Shown in pieces: positions 10,086 through 19,414 of a DNA stretch of 64,000 bases. The notes beneath the pieces were generated by a model that worked only from the letters and a program-made list of their open reading frames with translations, ran no database searches and was not told the DNA's origin. Source of the stretch: a virus. The position numbers and the translations under genes were made by a program. Numbering within the stretch: position 1 is the stretch's first letter; every line of letters begins with the position of its first letter. The stretch covers positions 1 to 64,000 of the IMG/VR virus record IMGVR_UViG_3300027749_000058. The stretch is one strand, 5' to 3'.

Positions 10086-10508
10086 ATGAACGAAGAAATT
10101 ATAATTGAAGAAGTAAGTAGAATGAAAAATCTATTTTCATATAAAGCAGGAAAAGTTATTTCTGAACAAGTGGTGAATCAAAAACCAAGTACACAAATTA
10201 ATGATGCTCCGCAAAGTATTGACCCAAATAAAGCTCCCGCAATTACAGCAGCATCATTAGCAACACCTAACGCAATGGCAAATACTCCTATCGGTAAAAT
10301 TCAAACTAAATTAAAAGATGTTTATAAATTGAATATAGGAACTTCAGGAGTAAATAAAGATGGCGTAGATGGTAAATGGGGAAACTTAACACAAACAGCA
10401 TTTAATCAAGCGAAAGCCATAAAGGCAAAATCAGCAGCAACAACACCACCAGCAACAACCTCAACAACACCAGCAGCAACAACACCAGCAGTGGCATCAC
10501 CGAAATAA
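10086..10508 (+). CDS. Protein with peptidoglycan-binding-like motif and Thr/Pro tail
   Basis: IQTKL...GVDGKWGNLTQTA matches PG_binding_1 DGxxGxxT. Confidence 0.55.
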   Translation: MNEEIIIEEVSRMKNLFSYKAGKVISEQVVNQKPSTQINDAPQSIDPNKAPAITAASLATPNAMANTPIGKIQTKLKDVYKLNIGTSGVNKDGVDGKWGNLTQTAFNQAKAIKAKSAATTPPATTSTTPAATTPAVASPK

Positions 10509-10618
10509 CCTGAAGAAAATCAATATGTAAAATTAAAGTATAAATACAATTAATTTAAAACCTCACCCTTAAAAGTGAGGTTTTTTATTTATTGATATAT
10601 TTATTTCTTTTATAAAAA

Positions 10619-10768
10619 ATGAAGATAAAATTTTATTCAAAAGCAATTAATTTTACATCACTTTTATTAAATCTCTGCATTAAGGCAGAATGGTGGAAAA
10701 TGGCTAAATCTTTAACTGAATTTAGGAAGAATTATTTGGCACTTCCAATGAGAAAATTAATGAATTAA
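10619..10768 (+). CDS. Small hypothetical protein (49 aa, not in ORF track)
   Basis: MKIKFYSKAINF... lies between two terminator hairpins, with TATTTAT upstream. Confidence 0.4.
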   Translation: MKIKFYSKAINFTSLLLNLCIKAEWWKMAKSLTEFRKNYLALPMRKLMN

Positions 10769-10818
10769 TATATCCCACGAATAGGTGGGATTTTTTATTT
10801 ATATTTGTATTTATAGTT

Positions 10819-11409
10819 ATGAAAATAATTATTACAGAACAACAATCAAATGAAATAGTTAGTTCAATACTTGAAGATATGTTTAATGGGTTTAAACTAA
10901 AATATGTTGGAGACAAAAGAAATGTTTATGTTAATGGTAAATTGATGGCGGAATTAGGCCCAACAACAGGTATTGTTTCCGCTGATGTATATAATGAATT
11001 AAAAGATAATTTATTTTTCTCATCTGATAAAGATTTGAAGAAAGATGTTACAAATTGGATATCGAATAAATTTGGAGGAAAAGGAGGAGTTTATCAGTAT
11101 GGTGTTTCATTTAAGAAATTACATGGAGATGAAAAAGATTTACCAAAAATACAAAAACCAAGAGATCCAAGAGGTGCAGAAAAAGGATATGATATTAAAT
11201 CATTTAGAGAGAGAACTGGAAATATTGAAACAAGATTGAAAAATAAGGAGGATTTAATTCGTGTTGCAAGAGAAAAGTCAAATCCTGATAGTTTTGCAAA
11301 TTGGATGAAAAGAGAAGTAAAAAAAGATATTGAAAGAGAGAAACAAAAAAGAGATGAAATGAATTTAACTAAAGCTCTTGAATCAATTAGAAACGCCAAA
11401 AAGAAATGA
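10819..11409 (+). CDS. Hypothetical protein with IITE leader
   Basis: MKIIITEQQ; TATTTAT at 10808. Confidence 0.65.
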   Translation: MKIIITEQQSNEIVSSILEDMFNGFKLKYVGDKRNVYVNGKLMAELGPTTGIVSADVYNELKDNLFFSSDKDLKKDVTNWISNKFGGKGGVYQYGVSFKKLHGDEKDLPKIQKPRDPRGAEKGYDIKSFRERTGNIETRLKNKEDLIRVAREKSNPDSFANWMKREVKKDIEREKQKRDEMNLTKALESIRNAKKK

Positions 11410-11705
11410 AATACATCATCAAAGAAAGTAAATTAGACATGTTGATGACCGAGTATTTGAATACTTGGGTAGGTTCAAGAAGATTAATTGAATTTGATAG
11501 GTTTATAGTACTTGAAGACCCTTACGGGGAACAAGGAAATGATGTTGATATGGAATATGACGGTGAAGATGGTAGATTATGGGTCAGAAAACAACTTTCT
11601 TATACATTAGTGGGTTTATTTGGTAAAGAAGAGAATGAAATATTAGACTTTATCAAAAAATATTTTGAATATAAATTTGGAGTTGAAGTTACAAAAGTAG
11701 AATAA
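11406..11705 (+). CDS. Hypothetical protein with IIKESKL leader
   Basis: Paralogous ends with 11706 and 5934. Confidence 0.65.
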   Translation: MKYIIKESKLDMLMTEYLNTWVGSRRLIEFDRFIVLEDPYGEQGNDVDMEYDGEDGRLWVRKQLSYTLVGLFGKEENEILDFIKKYFEYKFGVEVTKVE

Positions 11706-12077
11706 ATGAAATACATAATCACAGAATCAAGATTGGAAGAAAATATTTTACACTACATCAATGAACTTTTTGATGTTAATGATATTAATTGGACAAACCC
11801 AATTGAAGATGATGATGAAACAGGTGAAGAGTGGGAAGATGATAATAGAGTTGTATTTTATGTGGGAGATTACGAGGGAGAAGATGGAGGATGTTTTTAT
11901 TGGTATGCATGTGATTACTTTAACCCAAACAGTCCTGCCAGTAAAAAGTGTCCAATGGTTAGCGTTGAACTTGAATATAAAAAACAATTAGATGGATATT
12001 TTGGTGATTTTTGGCATGAACCATTTAAAAAATGGTTTAAAGAACATTTTGAATTACCAGTTAAAACAATAGATTAG
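11706..12077 (+). CDS. Hypothetical protein with IITESRL leader
   Basis: MKYIITESRL...FKKWFKEHFELPVKTI. Confidence 0.65.
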   Translation: MKYIITESRLEENILHYINELFDVNDINWTNPIEDDDETGEEWEDDNRVVFYVGDYEGEDGGCFYWYACDYFNPNSPASKKCPMVSVELEYKKQLDGYFGDFWHEPFKKWFKEHFELPVKTID

Positions 12078-12079
12078 TG

Positions 12080-12487
12080 ATGGATAAACAATATACATGG
12101 ACAGATAAAGACAAGGTTGTCGACCACACCAAAGAAGTAAAAAGACTTTGGGACTTGGTTATTCCTGAAACTGAAAAATATGTTAAAACATTTAGAACCA
12201 ACGGTGTTAAATGGGTTGAACATAAAACTGGATTTGGTGGAAAATTTAGCATCACAGAAAAACATTTGAAATTTGATGTTGATGTTGTTGTTGATATGGC
12301 ACCACTTAGAGCTAATGGGTGGGATGGTAAAGAAGAGGTTACCGTAGAGATGTTTGATAATACATACGGTAAAGATTTTGATTACAACTTAAGAAATAGA
12401 ATGAGAGAAATTTTGGGATATGTTGGACTCGGACATGTCGGAAGTTTTGATATTAAAGGTGATATAAATTATAGTGGAGATGATTGA
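12080..12487 (+). CDS. Hypothetical protein
   Basis: ORF track, operon-like packing. Confidence 0.55.
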   Translation: MDKQYTWTDKDKVVDHTKEVKRLWDLVIPETEKYVKTFRTNGVKWVEHKTGFGGKFSITEKHLKFDVDVVVDMAPLRANGWDGKEEVTVEMFDNTYGKDFDYNLRNRMREILGYVGLGHVGSFDIKGDINYSGDD

Positions 12488-12806
12488 TGAATTTCAAATA
12501 AAAGGATTACAAAAATTAGTTAATTCAAGTACAATCAAAGATATTTATCCTATGGTTGACCATATCGATATTCGTTATAATGGAGATTTATATAACCCAA
12601 GAGGGTGGGGAGGATTAGAAATTGATATATTTGTAAATGACCCGACCATAACCAAAGAAAACATGTACGAAAATGGATTTGACCCACATTATTTGGTTGA
12701 TTATCATATCAAACAGTACTTCCCGTATTTTAACATTAATAAGCCGATTATGAGTTTTATTGTTTGGAATCTTGATGGAGATATTATTTTTAGTTGGGAT
12801 AACTAA
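12480..12806 (+). CDS. Hypothetical protein
   Basis: ORF track; ATG at 12480. Confidence 0.55.
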   Translation: MIDEFQIKGLQKLVNSSTIKDIYPMVDHIDIRYNGDLYNPRGWGGLEIDIFVNDPTITKENMYENGFDPHYLVDYHIKQYFPYFNINKPIMSFIVWNLDGDIIFSWDN

Positions 12807-12879
12807 TGAAACAGGATAAAAAGATATTATTATTTGTATTAACTATTAGTACATTATCATTACTATATATTCTTTATAG

Positions 12880-13353
12880 TTGTTATCTTATATTAACTCC
12901 ATAGTGCAAGTGACACCAAAATTAAAAAACCTTATTTTAACCAAACTTAATTCAGACTTCGGAAATATTTCATTTCATCCGTATGGAAGAGAATTATGGT
13001 TAATTGATTCGGATGATAAAACTTGGTATTTTGTTGCTGAATGTGATGGTAAGTTATGGTTTAATCAAAACGCATTTAATAATTTTTTTTATTTATTTTC
13101 ATTAAATTCTAAAGAGTATTCCTTTCTATTAAAGGAGTGGTTTGAATACTTAACCGGTATTACCATTAGAACAGTTGCAAGGAAAAATACTAACTATGAA
13201 TACATCATAGAGGGTGTTTTGAGAAAAAGTAATAGTAAATATGAATGGTCGTTAGAAAATAGGTTTGGGTTTGGATATCAGATAGTTAAAAAGTATTTGG
13301 ATATTAAGAAAACTTTAAAATTAAATGAAGTAAGATTAATTGATTTAATCTAA
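12880..13353 (+). CDS. Hypothetical protein (start uncertain)
   Basis: ORF track. Confidence 0.5.
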   Translation: MLSYINSIVQVTPKLKNLILTKLNSDFGNISFHPYGRELWLIDSDDKTWYFVAECDGKLWFNQNAFNNFFYLFSLNSKEYSFLLKEWFEYLTGITIRTVARKNTNYEYIIEGVLRKSNSKYEWSLENRFGFGYQIVKKYLDIKKTLKLNEVRLIDLI

Positions 13354-13682
13354 ACTGCAAAACTTTCTCCACAACCGCAAGTTCTACTTGCTTGAGGGTT
13401 AATCCACTGAAATCCTTTTCCATTAAGACCGTCCGAATAATCTAATTCGGTACCAAATAGATATAATACTGATTTTCTATCAATAACAACTTTTAAACCA
13501 CCATCGCATTCAACAACTTCATCGGTTGATTCAATCTTATTATCAAAATCCATTACATAAGATAGTCCACTACAACCACCACCTTTAATACCAACACGTA
13601 AATGGTGTGAATCTGGTGTAATTCCTGCGGTTACCATTAATTCAATAATATGTTCTAAAGCTTTTTCTGAAACCGTAATCAT
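13350..13682 (-). CDS. iscA: Fe-S cluster assembly A-type carrier (IscA/HesB family)
   Basis: LRVGIKGGGCSGLSY and C-terminal TCGCGESF. Confidence 0.95.
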   Translation of the reverse strand: MITVSEKALEHIIELMVTAGITPDSHHLRVGIKGGGCSGLSYVMDFDNKIESTDEVVECDGGLKVVIDRKSVLYLFGTELDYSDGLNGKGFQWINPQASRTCGCGESFAV

Positions 13683-13745
13683 TAGTTATATGTTAAATCA
13701 AAAATTAATAGTTTTTGGGTTATATTTATAAATATAATAAATTAA

Positions 13746-14015
13746 ATGAGAAAAATAATACTTAAAGAATCTGAACTTATTAAATTAATTGAAACTGCAA
13801 TGGATTTGGATATTTATAGTCAGAACATGACTACTCCAGCAGGGAGACCAACTGAAGACGCTGAAGATACTGCAGAAGAAATCATTGGATATTTAAAAGA
13901 ACTTATTTCTATGATGAAGGGAGGAAAAGAAGTCCCAACAACTATTAGACATAAAATCTATAAAAATTTAGACGATATAAAACAAACATATCATAGTATA
14001 AAGTACGGTAAATAA
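13746..14015 (+). CDS. Hypothetical protein with ILKESEL leader
   Basis: TATTTAT at 13723. Confidence 0.6.
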   Translation: MRKIILKESELIKLIETAMDLDIYSQNMTTPAGRPTEDAEDTAEEIIGYLKELISMMKGGKEVPTTIRHKIYKNLDDIKQTYHSIKYGK

Positions 14016-14057
14016 TTTACTAATTATATATTATAGTTAAAATTAAAAAAAAGATAT

Positions 14058-14249
14058 ATGCAAAATCCATCAAATGACCAAAAGGCTCAAATGTATAATA
14101 AATTATTATTTCAATTTCAAAGACTTCAAGAACAAGTAAGATTGATTAAAGCCGAAAATGTTAATGTTACTGATAATGATCAGAAAAAAATTAATGAACT
14201 TGAAAAACAAATGAGACAAGTTTATAATCAGACTCAAAGATTATTTTAA
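14058..14249 (+). CDS. Small coiled-coil hypothetical protein
   Basis: ORF followed by a terminator hairpin. Confidence 0.55.
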   Translation: MQNPSNDQKAQMYNKLLFQFQRLQEQVRLIKAENVNVTDNDQKKINELEKQMRQVYNQTQRLF

Positions 14250-14325
14250 TAAAAAAATTATCCCCCTTCTAATAGGGGGTTTTTTTTAAGATAAACTAAA
14301 AAAAAATATTAATATGTTTATTATT

Positions 14326-14544
14326 ATGAAAGAATATTATATTAAATTAAAGAGTTTTTTTGTTAAAAAACCAACGAAAAAACTAACATGGTGTGAATCA
14401 GATTACAGTAAAGGTAAAAAATGGGCAATGTCTCAACCACACCCTTTTAAGAAAGGAAAAACATTATGGGATTTGTGTTATGATAAAAGAGAAAGTGTTT
14501 ATACAATAGATAATTTAAATAAGTTTTTATTTAACGAAATTTAA
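14326..14544 (+). CDS. Hypothetical protein
   Basis: ORF track. Confidence 0.45.
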   Translation: MKEYYIKLKSFFVKKPTKKLTWCESDYSKGKKWAMSQPHPFKKGKTLWDLCYDKRESVYTIDNLNKFLFNEI

Positions 14545-15205
14545 ATCCTGTTAATTGTTCTATATCTTTTAATTCAACTTGATGAGAATGTAATCCTGTA
14601 GGTTTTATTGGTGAGTTAACAAAAAGATATGCTTGAAATTCTTTTGACTTTTTAAAATACAATACTTTCCAACACATTGCTGGTACTGTAATTCTTCCTA
14701 TTAGTTTATTAGGATGTATTGTTCCTGTACTACCTGCCCATACAAATATAGAATCTTTTAATATAGATTGATCTCTTGTGTATTCTTCTAAGGTTTTCCA
14801 ATCACCACGATTGAGAGATGCGTATTGTGGCGTCATATTAGAAAAATAAAAACATTCTGTCATTGCCACAGGACCTAAACATTTATTACTAGCAGCAGGA
14901 CACATATGTCCTCTATCAAGTCCAGATCCTACATAGTCATTGGTAATACTGGTGTATATTATTAAATCTGGATCAGCTTGAAATTGGTCTTTACGTGGAA
15001 GTGGATTAGGACAATCATTTTTTGCTTTAGTTTCCCACCATTCTACTAAAACGGGGTAACGTAAAGATTTGGAAAATACTGTGGTGTAATTTAAATGTTT
15101 AATACGAATTGTGTCGTCTTGAGCTTTTGCAGCAACTAAAGATAAAATAAAAAGGATAAACCCAATTAATGCCGGTAACCAAAAATTTTTAAATGACTTT
15201 TTCAT
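14531..15205 (-). CDS. Secreted DNA/RNA non-specific endonuclease (NucA/EndoG family)
   Basis: DRGHMCPA, FYFSNMTPQ, LNRGDWKTLE; N-terminal signal peptide ending AKA-Q. Confidence 0.92.
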   Translation of the reverse strand: MKKSFKNFWLPALIGFILFILSLVAAKAQDDTIRIKHLNYTTVFSKSLRYPVLVEWWETKAKNDCPNPLPRKDQFQADPDLIIYTSITNDYVGSGLDRGHMCPAASNKCLGPVAMTECFYFSNMTPQYASLNRGDWKTLEEYTRDQSILKDSIFVWAGSTGTIHPNKLIGRITVPAMCWKVLYFKKSKEFQAYLFVNSPIKPTGLHSHQVELKDIEQLTGFKFR

Positions 15206-15250
15206 GCATATTTATTTATAATAAATACTATAATTGATATATTTATTATT

Positions 15251-15754
15251 ATGGCAAAACGATTTGAAATAACAGAATCAGATAAAGAATCAATAAAGAA
15301 ACTTTATCTAACAGAGCAATCTGAAGAAAAAGATGGAGATAGAAAATTCTGCCATAGCGGAAATGTTAAATCTCTTCAAGAAATTATGGGTGATGATAAT
15401 GCTGAAAATTATATTGACGGTGTACAAATCAGAAAGAATGGTGTTAATGGACTTGTTGACAAGTTAGAATTATTAAAAACATTAAGACTTCATCCAAAAG
15501 TATCTGATGGTGGTGAGCATTTAGCACATAATGTTATGACACATTTAAAGGCATTCAAACCCTACAACTACTTTGATGAAACAAGAAAAGAATGTGGAAC
15601 TGCAATGGATAAAATCATTGAACTTTATAAAGAAAACGAACACGGAGAAGAATTGGTGAAAGATATTGAAAAAGTATATGGTATGAACCATATATCCCCA
15701 AGAGCAAAAGAATTTTTGAAACACGGAATGTCAATGCTTAAAGGAAAACATTAA
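15251..15754 (+). CDS. Hypothetical protein with ITESDK leader
   Basis: MAKRFEITESDKESIKKLYLTEQ; TATTTAT at 15240. Confidence 0.65.
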   Translation: MAKRFEITESDKESIKKLYLTEQSEEKDGDRKFCHSGNVKSLQEIMGDDNAENYIDGVQIRKNGVNGLVDKLELLKTLRLHPKVSDGGEHLAHNVMTHLKAFKPYNYFDETRKECGTAMDKIIELYKENEHGEELVKDIEKVYGMNHISPRAKEFLKHGMSMLKGKH

Positions 15755-15812
15755 TTTGAATTTTTAATAAAAATATATTATAATTAAAGCCCCATCTTAT
15801 TGGGGCTTTTTT

Positions 15813-16109
15813 ATGTCCAAACAATTTAAAGAAGATAAATTAAAAAGATTGTGTGAATTGGCTTTAGAGTCAAGAAATGTTATTATAACAGAATTTAATA
15901 TGATACCAACTCAAAAATTTGATGAAGAAAATAATAAATGGGTTCCTGATTCATATTCATTATTTTTAATGTTAAAAAGAAAAGTGGAACCTAATTTAGA
16001 AAAGTTTGATGGTGATAATACATATTGGAGTATTGCTTCAGAGTTTTTGGGTGTTGAGTGTCTATTGGAGTCATTATTGGGATTTGAATGTTGTGTTGAT
16101 TTTATATAA
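15813..16109 (+). CDS. Hypothetical protein
   Basis: ORF track. Confidence 0.5.
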   Translation: MSKQFKEDKLKRLCELALESRNVIITEFNMIPTQKFDEENNKWVPDSYSLFLMLKRKVEPNLEKFDGDNTYWSIASEFLGVECLLESLLGFECCVDFI

Positions 16110-16217
16110 ATGACTAATTTGAGATATGATTCACCCAACCACACAGGGAACCTACCACCTGTATATTTTGGCGATTTTTTCGTTTTGATTAACTATAATT
16201 ATAATAAACAAATTATT

Positions 16218-16601
16218 ATGAAAAAAGTATTATTAACATTAGCGGTAATTTTTGGAACATTATCTTTAATGGCACAAGTATCAGTTCCAACTGAAAGATT
16301 TGAAAATCAAAATGTAAGAGGAAGAGTATTACATAATCAATTTAGTGATTATTCTCATTTTAGACAAGACCAATTTAAATTTGAAAAACCTCAAATTGAG
16401 AAAAAAGATGGTAAGGTTATCATTACAATGTCTGAAGAACAATTTAACAGAATGAATCAAATGAGAATGGGTCAATCATTTGGAAGACCAGGATTTGGAA
16501 GACCAGGATTTCAACACGTTAATTTTAGACGACCACAAATTTGTGAAAAGTGTAAAAGAAAATTGAAATCTCATAAATCTAAAAACTTTAGAAAAGATTA
16601 A
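16218..16601 (+). CDS. Exported hypothetical protein
   Basis: MKKVLLTLAVIFGTLSLMA-Q signal peptide; GRPGF repeats. Confidence 0.55.
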   Translation: MKKVLLTLAVIFGTLSLMAQVSVPTERFENQNVRGRVLHNQFSDYSHFRQDQFKFEKPQIEKKDGKVIITMSEEQFNRMNQMRMGQSFGRPGFGRPGFQHVNFRRPQICEKCKRKLKSHKSKNFRKD

Positions 16602-16631
16602 AAAAAAGCCCTCGATAATGTCGGGGGTTTT

Positions 16632-16919
16632 TTATACATCAAACCTAACATAAGTTTTTACACTATAATCATTGAAGAAATAGACAAGAGCATCCTGAAT
16701 TAATACATCGGTAAGTTGTCTATCAATAGATTGTTCGTTAATGGTATCACCTAAAATAATTACAGCCTCTATTAAAACAGATTTTGATGTAACGCCAAAA
16801 TTAACATTATGAATTTTAATTTTAGTCCCTGTTCCATACATCTCTTGAACGGCATCACCTTTGAAATCATTAATATATGACTCAATTAGACGATATAGTC
16901 TTCGTTTCTTATCTGACAT
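16632..16919 (-). CDS. Hypothetical protein
   Basis: ORF track. Confidence 0.55.
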   Translation of the reverse strand: MSDKKRRLYRLIESYINDFKGDAVQEMYGTGTKIKIHNVNFGVTSKSVLIEAVIILGDTINEQSIDRQLTDVLIQDALVYFFNDYSVKTYVRFDV

Positions 16920-16955
16920 GATAAAAATATAAGATAATTTATAAAAAATTACATA

Positions 16956-17081
16956 TTAACGTCGTCCCTGTCCTTGATATGCCTTTGGTCTAGAGCTATG
17001 TTTGTTATATGATTTTTTTGCTAAACCCTTTTTTCTTTTACCAAAAGAAAGTTTTTGTGCTGATGATACTGATTTTGCCAT
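16956..17081 (-). CDS. Small basic peptide ending KAYQGQGRR (41 aa, not in ORF track)
   Basis: MAKSVSSAQKLSFGKRKKGLAKKSYNKHSSRPKAYQGQGRR; minus-strand TATTTAT upstream. Confidence 0.65.
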   Translation of the reverse strand: MAKSVSSAQKLSFGKRKKGLAKKSYNKHSSRPKAYQGQGRR

Positions 17082-17121
17082 GGTTTTTGATTTACAAATA
17101 AATACAAGTATATTTATTTAT

Positions 17122-17415
17122 ATGTTACTAACAGAACAAGAAAAAAAAGATATTTTATCAAAGTATTCTAACGATACTTCAGATGAACTATTAACCCATT
17201 TGAAAAGAACATATCCCATTGAAGAATATAAGACAATTTGGATGGAAAAACCTCTAAAATCAATCTCAATTGATGGAAAATCAAATTTTGTATCAAACAA
17301 TAAGAAATATATTGTTAGCAAGATATCAAATGAACTGGAAGATAATTGGGGTCATTTAGGTACTCAATTATTAAGACGAACAGTTAAGAAATTTATTGAC
17401 GGAATTAGGTTATAG
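17122..17415 (+). CDS. Hypothetical protein with LLTEQ leader
   Basis: ATG at 17122 after TATTTAT (17111). Confidence 0.6.
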   Translation: MLLTEQEKKDILSKYSNDTSDELLTHLKRTYPIEEYKTIWMEKPLKSISIDGKSNFVSNNKKYIVSKISNELEDNWGHLGTQLLRRTVKKFIDGIRL

Positions 17416-17455
17416 TGGAAAAAACTTATCAAAAATCTCGTTATAATGGAAAATA

Positions 17456-17487
17456 TTTGTCAGTATCAAAAATACCCCCTATATTTG
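17456..17487 (+). promoter_or_regulatory. Bacteroidetes-type primary sigma promoter
   Basis: TTTG (17456) - 20 nt - TATATTTG (17480). Confidence 0.6.
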
Positions 17488-17515
17488 TATTCTGATTCTA
17501 AAATACTCAAAAGCC

Positions 17516-17549
17516 ACGGGGTGGGAGACTGGAAAAATTCCCACCCTGT
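17516..17549 (+). ncRNA. GC-rich hairpin downstream of promoter (putative sRNA)
   Basis: acggggtggga / tcccaccctgt stem, no ORF. Confidence 0.4.
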
Positions 17550-17616
17550 ACTTAAAAAAAAAGTTTGGTGGGTTCAGAAATAGTTCTTATCTTTGTGAAA
17601 CAAATACGGAAACAAT

Positions 17617-17724
17617 ATGAAAAAAGAAAAGACATATTTTGATGGTATTATGGTTGGATTTGGAATAACCGCTATAATTTATTCAATCTTATTAGGTGTT
17701 GTGATTAGAATGTTAACAAAATAA
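17617..17724 (+). CDS. Small membrane peptide (35 aa, not in ORF track)
   Basis: MKKEKTYFDGIMVGFGITAIIYSILLGVVIRMLTK; own TTTG-N20-TATCTTTG promoter (17564/17588). Confidence 0.55.
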   Translation: MKKEKTYFDGIMVGFGITAIIYSILLGVVIRMLTK

Positions 17725-17772
17725 ATTGGGATGGATGATGTTTAATCAAAAAGTTTTTTGTATCTTTGTATA

Positions 17773-17818
17773 GAGTTTGGAACTTACAGGTAATGAAAGA
17801 TACTCGGTATCCAAACTC
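17773..17818 (+). ncRNA. Putative small structured RNA
   Basis: Starts 4 nt after TATCTTTG (17761); closing stem gagtttgga/tccaaactc. Confidence 0.5.
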
Positions 17819-17868
17819 AAAAAAAAGATTTGACGGTTTGAAAAAGTCTTCTTATCTTTGAAAAAGAA

Positions 17869-17942
17869 ATCGGGAAGAAAGTAAAAATGTACCTGAAGTG
17901 AGGATGAAAAAATCATCACACCAAATGGTTTGGAATCCCGAT
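17869..17942 (+). ncRNA. Putative small three-way-junction RNA
   Basis: Own promoter (17829/17853); atcggga/tcccgat stem enclosing gtga..gatg/catcac and ccaaa/tttgg hairpins. Confidence 0.5.
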
Positions 17943-18005
17943 AATAGTTCTTTGATTTATTATTTTATTCGTGTTATTTTTTTCTTTTTAGCGATATTTA
18001 TTATT

Positions 18006-18164
18006 ATGGGAAGAAATAAAAAAGAAAAAGAAAAACAAAAAGTTAGATTTGGAATTAGTATCTCGCCTGAAGTAAATAAAACTTTAGATTCTTTAATGAT
18101 TAACAAATCGAAACTTATTGAGAGTTTATTAAAAAAATATTTAGATGACAAAAAAGTGTTCTAA
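18006..18164 (+). CDS. Ribbon-helix-helix-like DNA-binding protein
   Basis: KVRFGISISPEVNKTL...NKSKLIESLLKKYL; ATG at 18006 after TATTTAT. Confidence 0.6.
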   Translation: MGRNKKEKEKQKVRFGISISPEVNKTLDSLMINKSKLIESLLKKYLDDKKVF

Positions 18165-18687
18165 ATGTAATATTGAGAAAGATTTATCTGAATTTAATTC
18201 AAGAAAAGGAATTAAAGATGGTAAAAGACCTGAATGTAAAATATGTGGAAAACAGGTAAGAAAAGTTTATTATGAAAGACCTGAAATTAAAACTAAATAT
18301 AAAACTAGTAAGTGTGAATATAATAAAATAAATTCTGATAAAGTTAAATCTCGTAGGAATAGATGGTTCAGAAAAAAAACAGAAACAGATATTTTATTTA
18401 GATTAAGAAGAAATTTAAGAAATAGGATTTATAAATTTATTGGAAAATCATCAATAAGGACAAAAGATATTGTTGGAATAGAATCTAATGAACTAAAAAA
18501 TTATCTTGAAAATCAATTCAATGACGGGATGTGTTGGGAAAATTATGGTGAGTGGCAAATTGACCACATTATACCATTATCATCGGCAATAACTGAAGAA
18601 GAAATTTATAAACTATGTCATTATACAAATCTTCAACCATTGTGGAAAATAGATAACATAAAAAAAAGTAATAAAATTATATGGTAA
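18145..18687 (+). CDS. HNH (homing-type) endonuclease with N-terminal Zn-binding CxxC pairs
   Basis: CSKC...CKIC; WENYGEWQIDHIIPLS...HYTNLQPLWKIDNIKKSN. Confidence 0.85.
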   Translation: MTKKCSKCNIEKDLSEFNSRKGIKDGKRPECKICGKQVRKVYYERPEIKTKYKTSKCEYNKINSDKVKSRRNRWFRKKTETDILFRLRRNLRNRIYKFIGKSSIRTKDIVGIESNELKNYLENQFNDGMCWENYGEWQIDHIIPLSSAITEEEIYKLCHYTNLQPLWKIDNIKKSNKIIW

Positions 18688-18757
18688 GATAGCTCAGGTC
18701 TGGTAGAGCAATAGTGTGAAATACTATGTGCCGTTTGTTCAAATCAAACTCTTACCA
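18683..18757 (+). tRNA. trnF: tRNA-Phe(GAA)
   Basis: ggtaaga/tcttacc acceptor; atagt-gtGAAat-actat; T loop ttcaaat. Confidence 0.85.
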
Positions 18758-18839
18758 CGAAAGTCTCCAAAATTTATTTTGGTATTTTCAACAATAAAGT
18801 TTGACGGTTTGAAAAAACTATCTTATCTTTGTAAAAGAA

Positions 18840-19103
18840 AAAGACAGAGGTTAATTTTTAAGTGGTGTTTTCTATAATCATCCTTAGTTTTTTCTTCCTC
18901 TTTAAACCAAGAGAAAATGGTAATAAAATATAGTAAGGTTTGCAGGAATGGAATATCCTCAATTCACCTAAAGTAATTAAAATCATATCAAGTTCTTTTT
19001 ACGGTGTTTTTATCTTTGATGTAAAACAAAAGAATGTCTTTCTTTACGAGTTGCCGACTCAAATGAAGTTCTAAGAGATGAACAATTTTCTTAGGATATT
19101 CGC
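18840..19103 (+). ncRNA. Structured ncRNA, copy 1
   Basis: Promoter 18800/18824; closing stem aaagaca/tgtcttt; agagg/cctct; ctata/tatag; no ORF. Confidence 0.75.
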
Positions 19104-19151
19104 CAATAAAGTTTGACAGTTTGAAAAAACTATCTTATCTTTGTAAAAGAA

Positions 19152-19414
19152 ACGGACAGAGGTTATTTTTTAAGTGGTGTTATTACAATCATCCTTAATT
19201 CTTTCTTCCTCTTTAAACCAATAAAAGAAACAAACAAAATGTAAAAAGGTATATAGGAATGGAATATCCTGAATTCACCTCAAGTAATTAAAATCATATC
19301 AAGTTCTTTTTACGGTGTTTTTATCTTTGATGTAAAACAAAAGAATGTCCTTCTTTATGAGTTACCGACTCAAATGAATTTTTAAGAGATGAACAATTTT
19401 CTTAAAATATTCGC
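19152..19414 (+). ncRNA. Structured ncRNA, copy 2
   Basis: Promoter 19112/19136; ggaca/tgtcc; agagg/cctct; ttaca/tgtaa. Confidence 0.75.

Noticed and set aside
17898-18005. GTG-start extension of the RHH ORF and similar long starts in the track (8718, 16110, 17002, 23942, 51608, 54867, 58015)
   Set aside because: Extensions run through RNA elements, terminators or promoter boxes; downstream ATGs fit the promoter pattern.
19011-19018. TATCTTTG inside a hairpin of repeat units 1 and 2 as a promoter mimic (6S-like)
   Set aside because: Absent in unit 3 and lacks an upstream TTTG at the right spacing; could be chance in AT-rich DNA.
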